51,993 bases of DNA, taken from contig JAHJAM010000012.1 in assembly GCA_018814025.1 (NCBI GenBank), positions 1-51,993 of the forward strand, written 5' to 3'. Every line of letters begins with the position of its first letter. The first letter of the stretch is position 1. Source of the stretch: Patescibacteria group bacterium (GTDB taxonomy: Bacteria; Patescibacteriota; Patescibacteriia; UBA9934; GWF2-40-263). Both the position numbers and the translations under genes were made by a program. Shown piece after piece: positions 6,899 through 15,265 of this stretch. A model generated the notes under the pieces. The model did not search any database. It saw nothing but the letters and a program-made list of their open reading frames with translations, and had not been told where the DNA came from.

Positions 6899-7834
6899 AT
6901 GAATAGAATTACTCCGTTACTCGTAGCTTTATTGCAGTCATATTTTTTCATCATCGTCGTGGCCTTGAGTGCGGCGCTTTTGTTTCCGAATAATGTTATC
7001 GGATTGGCGCCGTTTGGCACTTTCTTTTTGCAAATCATTTTTTTCCTGACCAGCCTGAAGCTCGATCCGCAAGAGGTTTTGAAGGCGATCAGAAACTGGC
7101 CCTTGCTATTGGCTGCGAATGCGTTCACCTTGATAATTTTACCGGCGGTAACTTACGTGGTTGCACGTTCGTTGGTGCCGGATTTGGCTGTCCCCCTCAT
7201 GCTGATTGCTGCTTTGCCGACCGGTATGACGGCTCCGTTACTGTGCGAGGTGGTGGGCGGCCGGGTAGGCTTGGCTTTGGTTGTAGCTTTAACCACTTCG
7301 CTTCTTGCTCCTCTTTCCATTCCGCTGGTGGTCGGTACTTTGGCCAGCACGGCCGTGAACGTGAGCATGTTGACCATGTTTTGGAGTTTGGTCAAGGTGA
7401 TAATCATGCCTTTTATTCTCGCGCAGATCGTCAAAAAATTGTGGGATCGCAAGATTCGTTTTACCTTTTTTACGTTTAAGCCGGTTTCGTTAATTTTGCT
7501 GGGTTTGCTGATTGCCGGAGCCGTTGCTAAGCAAGCGGATTACATCATCGACAATTTCGGAAACGTGGTTATCAGCCAGCTGATTGTTCTGAGTATTTAT
7601 ATGTTGGCCGTCCTGCTCGTTGGATATTACGTGGCTTTTTGGCGCCAATGCGATGAACGAGCAACTGTGGCCGTGTCCATGGCCTATATGAATTTTACGC
7701 TCGGGATATATTTAGCTGGCCAATTTTTCAATGATCCAAATGTCCTTTTGGCTTCAGTCCTGGTTATTTTTCCTTGGGCTTTGAGCCTTTTTCCGTTCAA
7801 GTGGATCGTCCGGCGTTTTGTCTGCTCAAGTTAA
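6899..7834 (+). CDS. Bile acid:sodium symporter (BASS/SBF-like) family transporter
   Basis: About 9-10 TM segments. FFLTSLKLDPQEV and LIAALPTGMTAPLL are typical of the family. Confidence 0.75.
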   Translation: MNRITPLLVALLQSYFFIIVVALSAALLFPNNVIGLAPFGTFFLQIIFFLTSLKLDPQEVLKAIRNWPLLLAANAFTLIILPAVTYVVARSLVPDLAVPLMLIAALPTGMTAPLLCEVVGGRVGLALVVALTTSLLAPLSIPLVVGTLASTAVNVSMLTMFWSLVKVIIMPFILAQIVKKLWDRKIRFTFFTFKPVSLILLGLLIAGAVAKQADYIIDNFGNVVISQLIVLSIYMLAVLLVGYYVAFWRQCDERATVAVSMAYMNFTLGIYLAGQFFNDPNVLLASVLVIFPWALSLFPFKWIVRRFVCSS

Positions 7835-7873
7835 CAATCTTCCCGACTTGTTAGAATTTTATTCCGGTCTGAG

Positions 7874-7904
7874 AAACACCGACAAGTTCGGTGTTTTTTG
7901 GTAT
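7874..7904 (+). terminator. Terminator hairpin (copy 2 of the 31-nt repeat)
   Basis: 31/31 identical to 6840-6870, followed by CAT instead of AAT. Confidence 0.7.
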
Positions 7905-7913
7905 CATTAACCC

Positions 7914-9002
7914 ATGTCGATTAAGGAGCGCTACAAAAAGATCAAATTTTTTCTGGAAAAGTATGAGCGGTTCATGGTGCCGGGCATGCTGGTTTTGGGC
8001 GTCATCGCGGACTTCGTGACTTTTCGGTCGATCCGAATCTCGACCGCGTTTATTATTTTGGGAATCTATTTAGTGCTGGCCGGATTGGCCATTGCCTTCA
8101 TCAATCTCGTGGATGAGAAGGTTTGGAGTCAGAACCTGATTGTTAAGTACTTGCGATTAGTTGCGCCTTTGGCCGTGCAGTTTACTTTCGGCGCCCTGCT
8201 TTCCGCGTCATTAATTTTTTATTGGTTTAGCGGCGCCTTGTCCGTGTCCTGGCCATTCATTATCATCATCGCGCTTTTGATGATGAGCAACGAGGTTTTG
8301 CGCGAATATTATCTGTCGCCGTCAGTCCAGATCAGCGTGTATTTCTTTATTTTGTTTTCGATTTTTTCGTTGATGTTTCCGTTTTTTACCAATTCGATTG
8401 AGGTTTGGGTGTTTGTGGCGGGCGGCATTGCCAGCCTGGCCGCAATTTCGATTTATGTCAGGCTGTTGTCGAGATTTATCATCCAGATCAAACAGCAGCG
8501 ATATTTGATGTTCTGGATGATCGGGATAATTTTTGCGCTCATGAACGGATTGTATTTTACGAATTCAATTCCCCCAATCCCGCTGTCTTTGCGCGAGGCC
8601 GGAGCCTATCATCAGGTAGTGCGGGCTGGGGATAACTATGTGGTGCAAGCGGAAGCGGAATCGCTCCTACAGCGTCTTTGGCCCGGGCAGACCATTCACG
8701 CGAACCAAGGCGAACGAATTTACGTCTTTTCATCCGTGTTCGCGCCCGCGGACTTGAAGACGCGGATTTATCATGATTGGCAGTACCGACAAAATGGAAA
8801 ATGGGTGACGCGCAGCCGGCCATCTTTTGCGGTCAGCGGGGGACGAGAGGCGGGCTATCGCGGGTATTCATATTCGACCAATTTGGCGCCGGGCCAATGG
8901 CGGGTGCAAGTGGAAACGGAAAGAGGACAGGTTTTGGGTCGAGTCAGATTTACAGTAGAATCAAGAGCGGAAGATGTTAACTTAATTGAATTAGTAAAAT
9001 AA
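7914..9002 (+). CDS. Membrane protein with a C-terminal DUF2914-like domain
   Basis: Seven or more TM helices, then RIYHDWQYRQNGKWV...GGREAGYRGYS...LAPGQWRVQVETERGQVLGRVRFTV. DUF assignment is from memory. Confidence 0.7.
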   Translation: MSIKERYKKIKFFLEKYERFMVPGMLVLGVIADFVTFRSIRISTAFIILGIYLVLAGLAIAFINLVDEKVWSQNLIVKYLRLVAPLAVQFTFGALLSASLIFYWFSGALSVSWPFIIIIALLMMSNEVLREYYLSPSVQISVYFFILFSIFSLMFPFFTNSIEVWVFVAGGIASLAAISIYVRLLSRFIIQIKQQRYLMFWMIGIIFALMNGLYFTNSIPPIPLSLREAGAYHQVVRAGDNYVVQAEAESLLQRLWPGQTIHANQGERIYVFSSVFAPADLKTRIYHDWQYRQNGKWVTRSRPSFAVSGGREAGYRGYSYSTNLAPGQWRVQVETERGQVLGRVRFTVESRAEDVNLIELVK

Positions 9003-9003
9003 T

Positions 9004-9219
9004 ATGGATTCACATCGGCGCAGTATCGTTAAGGCGATCAGTTGGCGCATGATTGCGTCTTTGACGACCTTTGCTTTAGTTTATCTTTTCACGGGTGAAA
9101 TCACCTTATCCGTTCAAGTGGGAATTCTTGATGTGGTTTTGAAAATGATTTTTTATTACGGTCATGAGCGAGTTTGGAATAAGATTAATTATGGAATTAC
9201 GGCGAAAAAAGCCAATTAA
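9004..9219 (+). CDS. DUF2061 family small membrane protein
   Basis: RSIVKAISWRMIASLTTF...YYGHERVWNKI. Confidence 0.7.
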   Translation: MDSHRRSIVKAISWRMIASLTTFALVYLFTGEITLSVQVGILDVVLKMIFYYGHERVWNKINYGITAKKAN

Positions 9220-9245
9220 TACCACAACCGGGTTGTGGTATTTTG
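9219..9245. terminator. Bidirectional terminator
   Basis: Palindrome TACCACAACCGGGTTGTGGTA followed by TTTT, between convergent genes. Confidence 0.65.
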
Positions 9246-9246
9246 A

Positions 9247-10443
9247 TTAGGGATTGAGCAGGGTATCAAGCTCTGTTTTTTTGTTTAAAAAATCCGGCAG
9301 CTCTTCTTCGGATAAACTTTCGCCTTTGGGGAATTCGATTTCCAGGGGGTTAACCAGCTCGCCGTGGACTTTGACTTGATAATGCAAGTGCGGACCCGTG
9401 GAATGGCCGGTGGAGCCCACGTAACCGATCACTTGTCCTTGTTCGACTTCCGAGCCCACGCGCAGGCCTTTGGCATAGGCGCTCAGGTGCGCGTATTGAG
9501 TTTGATAAGTATCATTGTGGTGAATATCGATAAAGTTGCCATAAGGACCATTCCAGCCCAAAGAGGTAATGGTGCCGTGGCCCACGGCCAAGACGGGCGT
9601 GCCCAGGGGTGCGGCGTAGTCAATGGCGCGATGCGTGCCCAGCACTGAGGTAATCGGATCAAAGCGAGCGTAGGTAAAGCCGGAGGAGATTCGGTTGTAT
9701 GACAACGGGGCTTTGAGAAAAGGACGAATCAGGGAACTGCCGGCCGCATCGTAATAGCCGGTTTCCTCATTGGTATTAGTGTAGCGATAAGCGTAACTGG
9801 TTTGTCCGACGTTGGTGAAGCTGGCCGCGTGAATGCGGCCCACGCCCGCGTCCTGGCCGGCGCGGGTGCGCTTTTCATAAACCACCACAAAAGAATCCCC
9901 GGTTTGCACTTGAGTGGCGAAGTCGATTTCCCAGGCTAGAGTTTCGGCTAAGTCGAGAATCAGAACTTCGGACAGGCCGGCGTTTAGACCGGATAAAAAC
10001 ATGGATTCATCGATTGTCACTTCAGCTCGTTCAATCGTAACGTCGTAGGGGATAGGGACGACTTCGGTTTGATATCCGTCAGCCGTGAGATCAACCACCA
10101 CCAGATCTTCTTTGTTGGGTTCGTATTCCAGAGTTTGGCGCTGGCCGTCGACCGAAACCACGCGGAAAGTTTTATCCAGCCGCACATTGGTGAAGTCAAA
10201 AGTTTCAGCCGCGGCTTCGACAATATCCAGAGCTTGCTGATAATCAAAATTCAAATTTTCTAAAACACTGGTAAAAGTATCGCCCTCGGCCACGGTATAG
10301 GTTTGTTCCGTGCGCACTGGTTCAGCCGGCGCAAATTCCGCACCGGGTTGAGTTTCGGCTCGGCCGGGTAAAGATGATTGCTCATACCAAAAATAGCCGC
10401 CAGCGGCCAGGAATAGCATAATTAGTAAGGGCAGATATTTCAT
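9247..10443 (-). CDS. M23 family metallopeptidase (peptidoglycan endopeptidase)
   Basis: HRAIDYAAPLGTPV and GSTGHSTGPHLHYQV motifs, plus an N-terminal TM anchor. Confidence 0.9.
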   Translation of the reverse strand: MKYLPLLIMLFLAAGGYFWYEQSSLPGRAETQPGAEFAPAEPVRTEQTYTVAEGDTFTSVLENLNFDYQQALDIVEAAAETFDFTNVRLDKTFRVVSVDGQRQTLEYEPNKEDLVVVDLTADGYQTEVVPIPYDVTIERAEVTIDESMFLSGLNAGLSEVLILDLAETLAWEIDFATQVQTGDSFVVVYEKRTRAGQDAGVGRIHAASFTNVGQTSYAYRYTNTNEETGYYDAAGSSLIRPFLKAPLSYNRISSGFTYARFDPITSVLGTHRAIDYAAPLGTPVLAVGHGTITSLGWNGPYGNFIDIHHNDTYQTQYAHLSAYAKGLRVGSEVEQGQVIGYVGSTGHSTGPHLHYQVKVHGELVNPLEIEFPKGESLSEEELPDFLNKKTELDTLLNP

Positions 10444-10482
10444 ATTTTTTCGCGACTGCCAGTTTACCGCACCTTAAGCAAT

Positions 10483-10512
10483 AAAAAAACTTCGCGGCCA
10501 GTATCCGCGAAG
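10483..10512 (-). terminator. Intrinsic terminator after the histidine kinase gene
   Basis: Stem CTTCGCGG / CCGCGAAG, with T7 on the minus strand. Confidence 0.7.
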
Positions 10513-10518
10513 CGTTTC

Positions 10519-11958
10519 TTATTTGATCGGCAATTCGAACCAAAAGGTACTGCCTTGGTCCGCTTGGCTATCGACGCCGATTTTTCCTTTGTGCGATTCG
10601 ATAATGCCTTTGGCAATGACCAAACCCAGGCCGCTGCCGGGTTCGCGGCTTTGGCCCAAGCGCGTGAAAGGCTGAAATAATTTAACTTGGTCCGCCTCAG
10701 AAATGCCGCGGCCGGTATCGGTGATTGAAATGCGAATTTTATTTTTTACCGCGTTCGGGGCCACGACCACCGAAATCGATCCTTTGTCCGTGTATTTAAT
10801 GGCGTTGGAAATAAAGTTTGCTAACACTTCGCGGATGCGCTTTTGATCGAAGCTTGATTTGCCGACCCGGCCCTTGATTTGGGCGGTGATGCTTAAACCT
10901 TTAAGTTCGGCTTGAGCCCGGAATTCTTCCACCAGCTCTTTAGTTAAAGTCGGCAGGCTGCCGGCCGTTTTTTCAATCGGCAATTTTTGCAAACCGACGC
11001 GCGAGGCATCGAGCAAGCGGCCGATCAATTCGACTTGACTGGCGATAATTTTTTCCATTTGCCCCAATTGTTCTTGATCCTTGGCTGAACGTTTGGGTTC
11101 TTGCCGCATCATTTCCAAACCCCATTTGATAGAAGTCATGGGCGCGCGCATTTCGTGAACGATGACCGCAATGAATTTTTTGAGCGCGTCGGTTCGTTTG
11201 TGAACTAAACTTTCGAGATCCTGATTGCGAATCTCCAATGATTTTTGAATGGCCCGGGATTCTTTCTTGGTCATCAAAATACCCAGGGCCGCCATTAGCA
11301 TACTTAGAAATACAGTAATCCCGAGCGTAATGATCAATAGCCGGACTAAAAAATCGCGTTCAGAGTGTAATTTATCAGCGGCAATATCGACTCCGACGAT
11401 CCCCACGGTTCGGCCGGTTTGATCGTGTATGGGCGCGTAGCCGGAAATCCAATCGCCCCAAAGATCGTGGGTGATTTCGTGGTCGGCACTGGGTCCGAAC
11501 CAGCCTTGAGTGAGTTCGGGTAGTTCGGAGACGTCATACTCGTCGCCGATGGCGGCTGAGGCTTCTTCTCCATCAATCTGTCCGTTGCCGTTATCATCTT
11601 GTTCCAGGTCAGCATCCACCACGAATTCCCAGACCTCATTTTTTAACGGCCGCATGGTGTAGACATAACTGACTTCCGGAATCAGTTCCGCGGCCAAAGA
11701 CAGGTCGGTAAACATGCGGCGGTAATCGGCGCTGTTCATATCGGCCGGGGATTGCAGCTCTTCATGGCCGGTAAAGTCAACGGTTTCCGCAATGTTTGAA
11801 GCACTATCCATGGCTTGTTGGCGAATATCTTGCAAGGCGCGCTGGTCGAAATTTAAATAAAATATCGTTGTAAAAACAAGAGCTAGTACCGCGGCTAAGG
11901 TACCGTAAAGAATCAAAAATTTTATGATCAGCGGCCGTTTGTTGTTTCTTTTGATCAT
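10519..11958 (-). CDS. Sensor histidine kinase with an extracytoplasmic Cache-like domain (no response regulator nearby)
   Basis: H-box HEMRAPMTSI, N-box NAIKYT, G-boxes DTGRGI and GSGLGLVIAKG, two TM segments flanking a periplasmic domain of about 170 aa. Confidence 0.9.
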   Translation of the reverse strand: MIKRNNKRPLIIKFLILYGTLAAVLALVFTTIFYLNFDQRALQDIRQQAMDSASNIAETVDFTGHEELQSPADMNSADYRRMFTDLSLAAELIPEVSYVYTMRPLKNEVWEFVVDADLEQDDNGNGQIDGEEASAAIGDEYDVSELPELTQGWFGPSADHEITHDLWGDWISGYAPIHDQTGRTVGIVGVDIAADKLHSERDFLVRLLIITLGITVFLSMLMAALGILMTKKESRAIQKSLEIRNQDLESLVHKRTDALKKFIAVIVHEMRAPMTSIKWGLEMMRQEPKRSAKDQEQLGQMEKIIASQVELIGRLLDASRVGLQKLPIEKTAGSLPTLTKELVEEFRAQAELKGLSITAQIKGRVGKSSFDQKRIREVLANFISNAIKYTDKGSISVVVAPNAVKNKIRISITDTGRGISEADQVKLFQPFTRLGQSREPGSGLGLVIAKGIIESHKGKIGVDSQADQGSTFWFELPIK

Positions 11959-11974
11959 AATGTTTTATTATAAC

Positions 11975-12011
11975 AAAAAAACCCGCGCTTGGCTCGCGCG
12001 GGTTTTAATTT
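11975..12011. terminator. Bidirectional terminator
   Basis: Stem ACCCGCGC / GCGCGGGT flanked by A7 and a T-rich run. Confidence 0.7.
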
Positions 12012-12018
12012 TTATGGA

Positions 12019-12618
12019 TCATTTGCAATCTTTGATTTTGTTTCCGAGCTTGATGGCAAAGTCCAGATATTCTTGTTCGTTGAGTGCATGTCCGCTGCGG
12101 GCTAAACTCAAATATTTTCCCGGCCAAAGTCCGAAATATATTTCGTTGATCAGTCCGTCTTCTTGATAAACAACCGCGTGATTCATGGGGATGCTTGTAT
12201 CGGTTTTGACCGTGCGTCCGAGGATTTCGTGCCCGTGCTTTTGGCGTTCAAGATCCAGGTAGTTCAAATTGATCATGACATATTCATTTTCCGATAGATA
12301 ATAAGAACAGCTGTAAAGACCGGGATAAGGGGAAGGTTCGGTCTTGATTACCGGCCGACCAAGCAAGCCGGCGATGAATTCGGAGGTGAATTGTCCGCAC
12401 AGATCCTCGACGATGTAGTAGCTTTTGTCTGTGCGGCTGGGTTCGCCCGGAAAACGAATAAAGCCGTCCGGATCTTGCGTTTTTCCGTCTCCTAAGTCCA
12501 CACTTTGGCTGGTTTCATCAGTGGCCGCCTGGGGCGGCTCAGAATTGCAGCCAGCACCGCACAAGATAATCGTCAAAGCGAAAATTGGCAGGTAAAGTGA
12601 TAAACGATTTTGGTTCAT
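12019..12618 (-). CDS. Hypothetical lipoprotein
   Basis: Signal peptide with a lipobox (LCGAGC). Confidence 0.6.
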   Translation of the reverse strand: MNQNRLSLYLPIFALTIILCGAGCNSEPPQAATDETSQSVDLGDGKTQDPDGFIRFPGEPSRTDKSYYIVEDLCGQFTSEFIAGLLGRPVIKTEPSPYPGLYSCSYYLSENEYVMINLNYLDLERQKHGHEILGRTVKTDTSIPMNHAVVYQEDGLINEIYFGLWPGKYLSLARSGHALNEQEYLDFAIKLGNKIKDCK

Positions 12619-12623
12619 ATTGT

Positions 12624-13118
12624 TTATTGAATGGCTTTGATAATAAATTTTTGGCCTGATGGCAAGGAAATATTATCGCGGACTCGGTGTCCGAGCAGGG
12701 CTGCACCCAAGGGGGATGAATGGGAAATTCGGCCTTGGGCCGGGTTGGTTTCTTGCGAACCCACGATTTGGTAAGTGCGTTCTTGATCTTCGCTTTTTAA
12801 CACGATAGTTGAGCCGATTTGGACCGTATCTGAATTCTGGGTCTGAATCGGAATAGCGACTTTGAGCTGTTCTTCAATGGCGGTAATTTTGCCGTTGATC
12901 CGGCGCAAGCGGAACTTGGCTTCCTGATAAGCCGCGTTTTCTGATAAATCACCCATTTCTTGGGTGCGTTGGACTTCTTTAATGGCCGCGGGTCTTTGAT
13001 TGATTTCCAGGTCAATTAGCTGTTTTTTCAGGTTCTGAATCTTGGCCGGGGTCAGATAATTATCCTCAGTTTGCTTGAGGCGACGGGTGATTTCAGATTT
13101 TCTTTTGGGTAATTGCAT
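12624..13118 (-). CDS. greA: Transcription elongation factor GreA (paralogue 1, basic N-terminal extension)
   Basis: The acidic coiled-coil tip is GDLSENAAYQEAK, and the C-terminal domain has ISHSSPLGAALLGHRV. ATG 13118 is preferred over 13211 to leave room for the divergent csp promoter. Confidence 0.85.
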   Translation of the reverse strand: MQLPKRKSEITRRLKQTEDNYLTPAKIQNLKKQLIDLEINQRPAAIKEVQRTQEMGDLSENAAYQEAKFRLRRINGKITAIEEQLKVAIPIQTQNSDTVQIGSTIVLKSEDQERTYQIVGSQETNPAQGRISHSSPLGAALLGHRVRDNISLPSGQKFIIKAIQ

Positions 13119-13172
13119 AGTGGATATCTTAGCTGTTTGGACACTCTTCGGCAACATTGTTGATATCCCCCC

Positions 13173-13201
13173 TTGACTTTTCCACGGAATCATGTTATTC
13201 T
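13173..13201 (+). promoter_or_regulatory. Sigma70-like promoter for the cold-shock gene
   Basis: TTGACT, 17-nt spacer, TATTCT. This predicts a 5' UTR of about 80 nt, typical of csp genes. Confidence 0.4.
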
Positions 13202-13286
13202 CTCGTTGCAAAGGCTTGGAAGCGGAGATCTGTCGAATTTTCCCACCAAGGCAAAATTTGCAGATAATTCACTACCAACCAAACAT

Positions 13287-13484
13287 ATGAAAGGATCAAT
13301 CACTCGATTGACCGACAAAGGTTTCGGATTCATCGCCCCAGAAGGCGGAGACAAGGATATTTTCTTCCACTCTTCCGCTTTAGTCGATGTTTCATTCGAT
13401 GAGCTGAACGAAGGCGACAACGTCACTTTCGAAAGCGAACCTTCAGACCGCGGCCCACGTGCTATCAACGTGCAACGCGTCTAA
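13287..13484 (+). CDS. cspA: Cold-shock protein (CspA family)
   Basis: MKGSITRLTDKGFGFIAPEGGDKDIFFHSSAL carries the RNP1 (KGFGFI) and RNP2 (DIFFH) motifs. Confidence 0.93.
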   Translation: MKGSITRLTDKGFGFIAPEGGDKDIFFHSSALVDVSFDELNEGDNVTFESEPSDRGPRAINVQRV

Positions 13485-13497
13485 GAGTCAAAAATAG

Positions 13498-13530
13498 AAA
13501 ACCGCCCCGGTTTAGCCGAGGCGGTTTTTG
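13498..13530 (+). terminator. Intrinsic terminator
   Basis: Stem ACCGCC / GGCGGT followed by TTTT. Confidence 0.65.
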
Positions 13531-13562
13531 ATTTTAACGGCTTATGCTATGCTAAAGCCACT

Positions 13563-14225
13563 ATGTTAAGCAAAGAACGAGAAAAAATTATTCGCTCGCT
13601 GCAAACTAAGAAAGGCCGGCAAAAAAGCGGTTTGTGTTTGGTCGAAGGAAAAAAAGTGATTGCCATGTGCGGTGATTGGCTGGAATATGAGTTTGATCGC
13701 ACCATGACGGAAAATTTTGATCAATTAGTGACCACGGAAACCCCGCAAGAGGCGGCGGCCGTGGCTCGGATTCCGCAGTGGGGGATTGATGATATTAAAG
13801 CTCGCCCAGTGATTGTGGTTTTAGACGGCGTTCAGGACCCGGGCAACGTGGGCGCGATTTTGCGTTTGTGCTTGGGATTTGGCGCCAGCTTAATTTTAGT
13901 AGAGTCGGCGGACGTTTCCAATCCTAAAGTGATTCGTTCATCAGCCGGGGCCATGTTTCAAGTGCCATGGTTGGAAGTGAAAAGAAATGCTCTACAGCAA
14001 ATGATTTCTGATTTGAGTCGAAAAGTTTACCGATTGGAAAAGACCGCAGCGGCTCAAGAAATAAGCTCAATCAAAAAACCGGCCATCGTCATCGCCGGAT
14101 CCGAGGGGCAGGGGATTATCAGCGAGATTGCCGGTCAGTCCGTATTTATCAAGCACTCGGCGGATTTGGAATCATTGAACGTGGGGCAGGCTTTGGCTAT
14201 TGTTTTGCAGAGTTTGGCCAAGTGA
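13563..14225 (+). CDS. SpoU/TrmH family RNA 2'-O-methyltransferase
   Basis: VVLDGVQDPGNVGAILR, IVIAGSEGQGI and SLNVGQALAIVL are the three SPOUT motifs. Confidence 0.85.
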   Translation: MLSKEREKIIRSLQTKKGRQKSGLCLVEGKKVIAMCGDWLEYEFDRTMTENFDQLVTTETPQEAAAVARIPQWGIDDIKARPVIVVLDGVQDPGNVGAILRLCLGFGASLILVESADVSNPKVIRSSAGAMFQVPWLEVKRNALQQMISDLSRKVYRLEKTAAAQEISSIKKPAIVIAGSEGQGIISEIAGQSVFIKHSADLESLNVGQALAIVLQSLAK

Positions 14226-14765
14226 TGCTTTTTTGGAAAACACACAGCCGCAATAATTTTGGCGAACGACTCCGTAATCGTCTGAACAAAACATGGAATG
14301 GTCCGAACCGCCATGTTTTTTAAAATCTCGACATAAAAATTCGATCCCGTATTCTTGCGATAATTTTTCGCCAATCGGATTGATAATTTCCGCCTTTTTT
14401 TGGCGGCCGGAAGTCAGGGTAGTGGCGAAAGCATCGTAACCGTGGGCTTTGGCGTAATCGGCCGTGGCGCGCAGTCGGTGTTCAAAACAAATTGGACAGC
14501 GCGCACCGCCTTCGGGTTCGTGTTCAAAGCCTTTGACGGCTTGAAACCAAGGCTGGGGATCAAAAGGGAATTCAATCACTTTTAAATTTAAAATATCCGA
14601 GACTTTTTTGATTTCGCCCAGCCGGCGATAATATTCGGCTTCGGGATGGATGTTGGGATTAAAATAAAATAAATCAACCTGATATTTCATGGAAAGCTCA
14701 TCAGGAATCCAAGAGCCGCAAGTGGCACAGCACGTGTGTAAAAGTAAACGGGGTTGGTTATGCAT
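14172..14765 (-). CDS. queH: Epoxyqueuosine reductase QueH (DUF208)
   Basis: LLLHTCCATCGSW, CPICFEHRL and NYCGCVFS Cys motifs. The ATG is at 14765. The 3' end overlaps the convergent trmH-like gene by 54 nt. Confidence 0.8.
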   Translation of the reverse strand: MHNQPRLLLHTCCATCGSWIPDELSMKYQVDLFYFNPNIHPEAEYYRRLGEIKKVSDILNLKVIEFPFDPQPWFQAVKGFEHEPEGGARCPICFEHRLRATADYAKAHGYDAFATTLTSGRQKKAEIINPIGEKLSQEYGIEFLCRDFKKHGGSDHSMFCSDDYGVVRQNYCGCVFSKKASLGQTLQNNSQSLPHVQ

Positions 14766-14835
14766 ATACTGATCTCGAATTCCGAGAGTGAATGAGAATA
14801 AGCAGCTGGCTGAAATGTAGCACAAATTATTTTAG

Positions 14836-14866
14836 TACAAAAGAACGAACCTTGAGGGGTTCGTTC
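14836..14866 (-). terminator. Intrinsic terminator
   Basis: Stem GAACGAACC / GGTTCGTTC. Confidence 0.55.
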
Positions 14867-14875
14867 ATGAAAGAT

Positions 14876-15169
14876 TTACTGCACTTCACTGGGCGTCAGG
14901 CGCCACCAGTAAGTGATGGTTCGTTCCGGGGTGCATTCGATGATTAGGTTTTTGTCCGGCGAACAGGTATGAATAATATCGTCCTGACCCACCGGAGCAC
15001 CTTCCCTGGTAAAGCGGAAATCGTAAGTGTTATCGCCAAGATTGATCACATGAACCTCGATGATCATTTGGTTCTTGAGCGAGCCCAGGAAATGAACTTC
15101 GAATTGCTCGTTGCTATTGAAGGAAAAGACCTCGCGCCTGAGATCGGCTTCAACTTTGCTCCAGCCCAT
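14876..15169 (-). CDS. Hypothetical protein (97 aa)
   Basis: ATG 15169 is preceded by AGGAGGG (15180-15174). No recognisable domain. Confidence 0.5.
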   Translation of the reverse strand: MGWSKVEADLRREVFSFNSNEQFEVHFLGSLKNQMIIEVHVINLGDNTYDFRFTREGAPVGQDDIIHTCSPDKNLIIECTPERTITYWWRLTPSEVQ

Positions 15170-15223
15170 GCGACCCTCCTGCTGACTGATGCGCAATGTT
15201 AGTTAGATTTTTGGGGTTTTGTC

Positions 15224-15255
15224 AATAAAAAACCGTTCAGCAGAGCTGAACGGTT
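15224..15255 (-). terminator. Intrinsic terminator
   Basis: Stem AACCGTTCAG / CTGAACGGTT, with a T-run on the minus strand. Confidence 0.7.
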
Positions 15256-15265
15256 CAAGTAGGGA

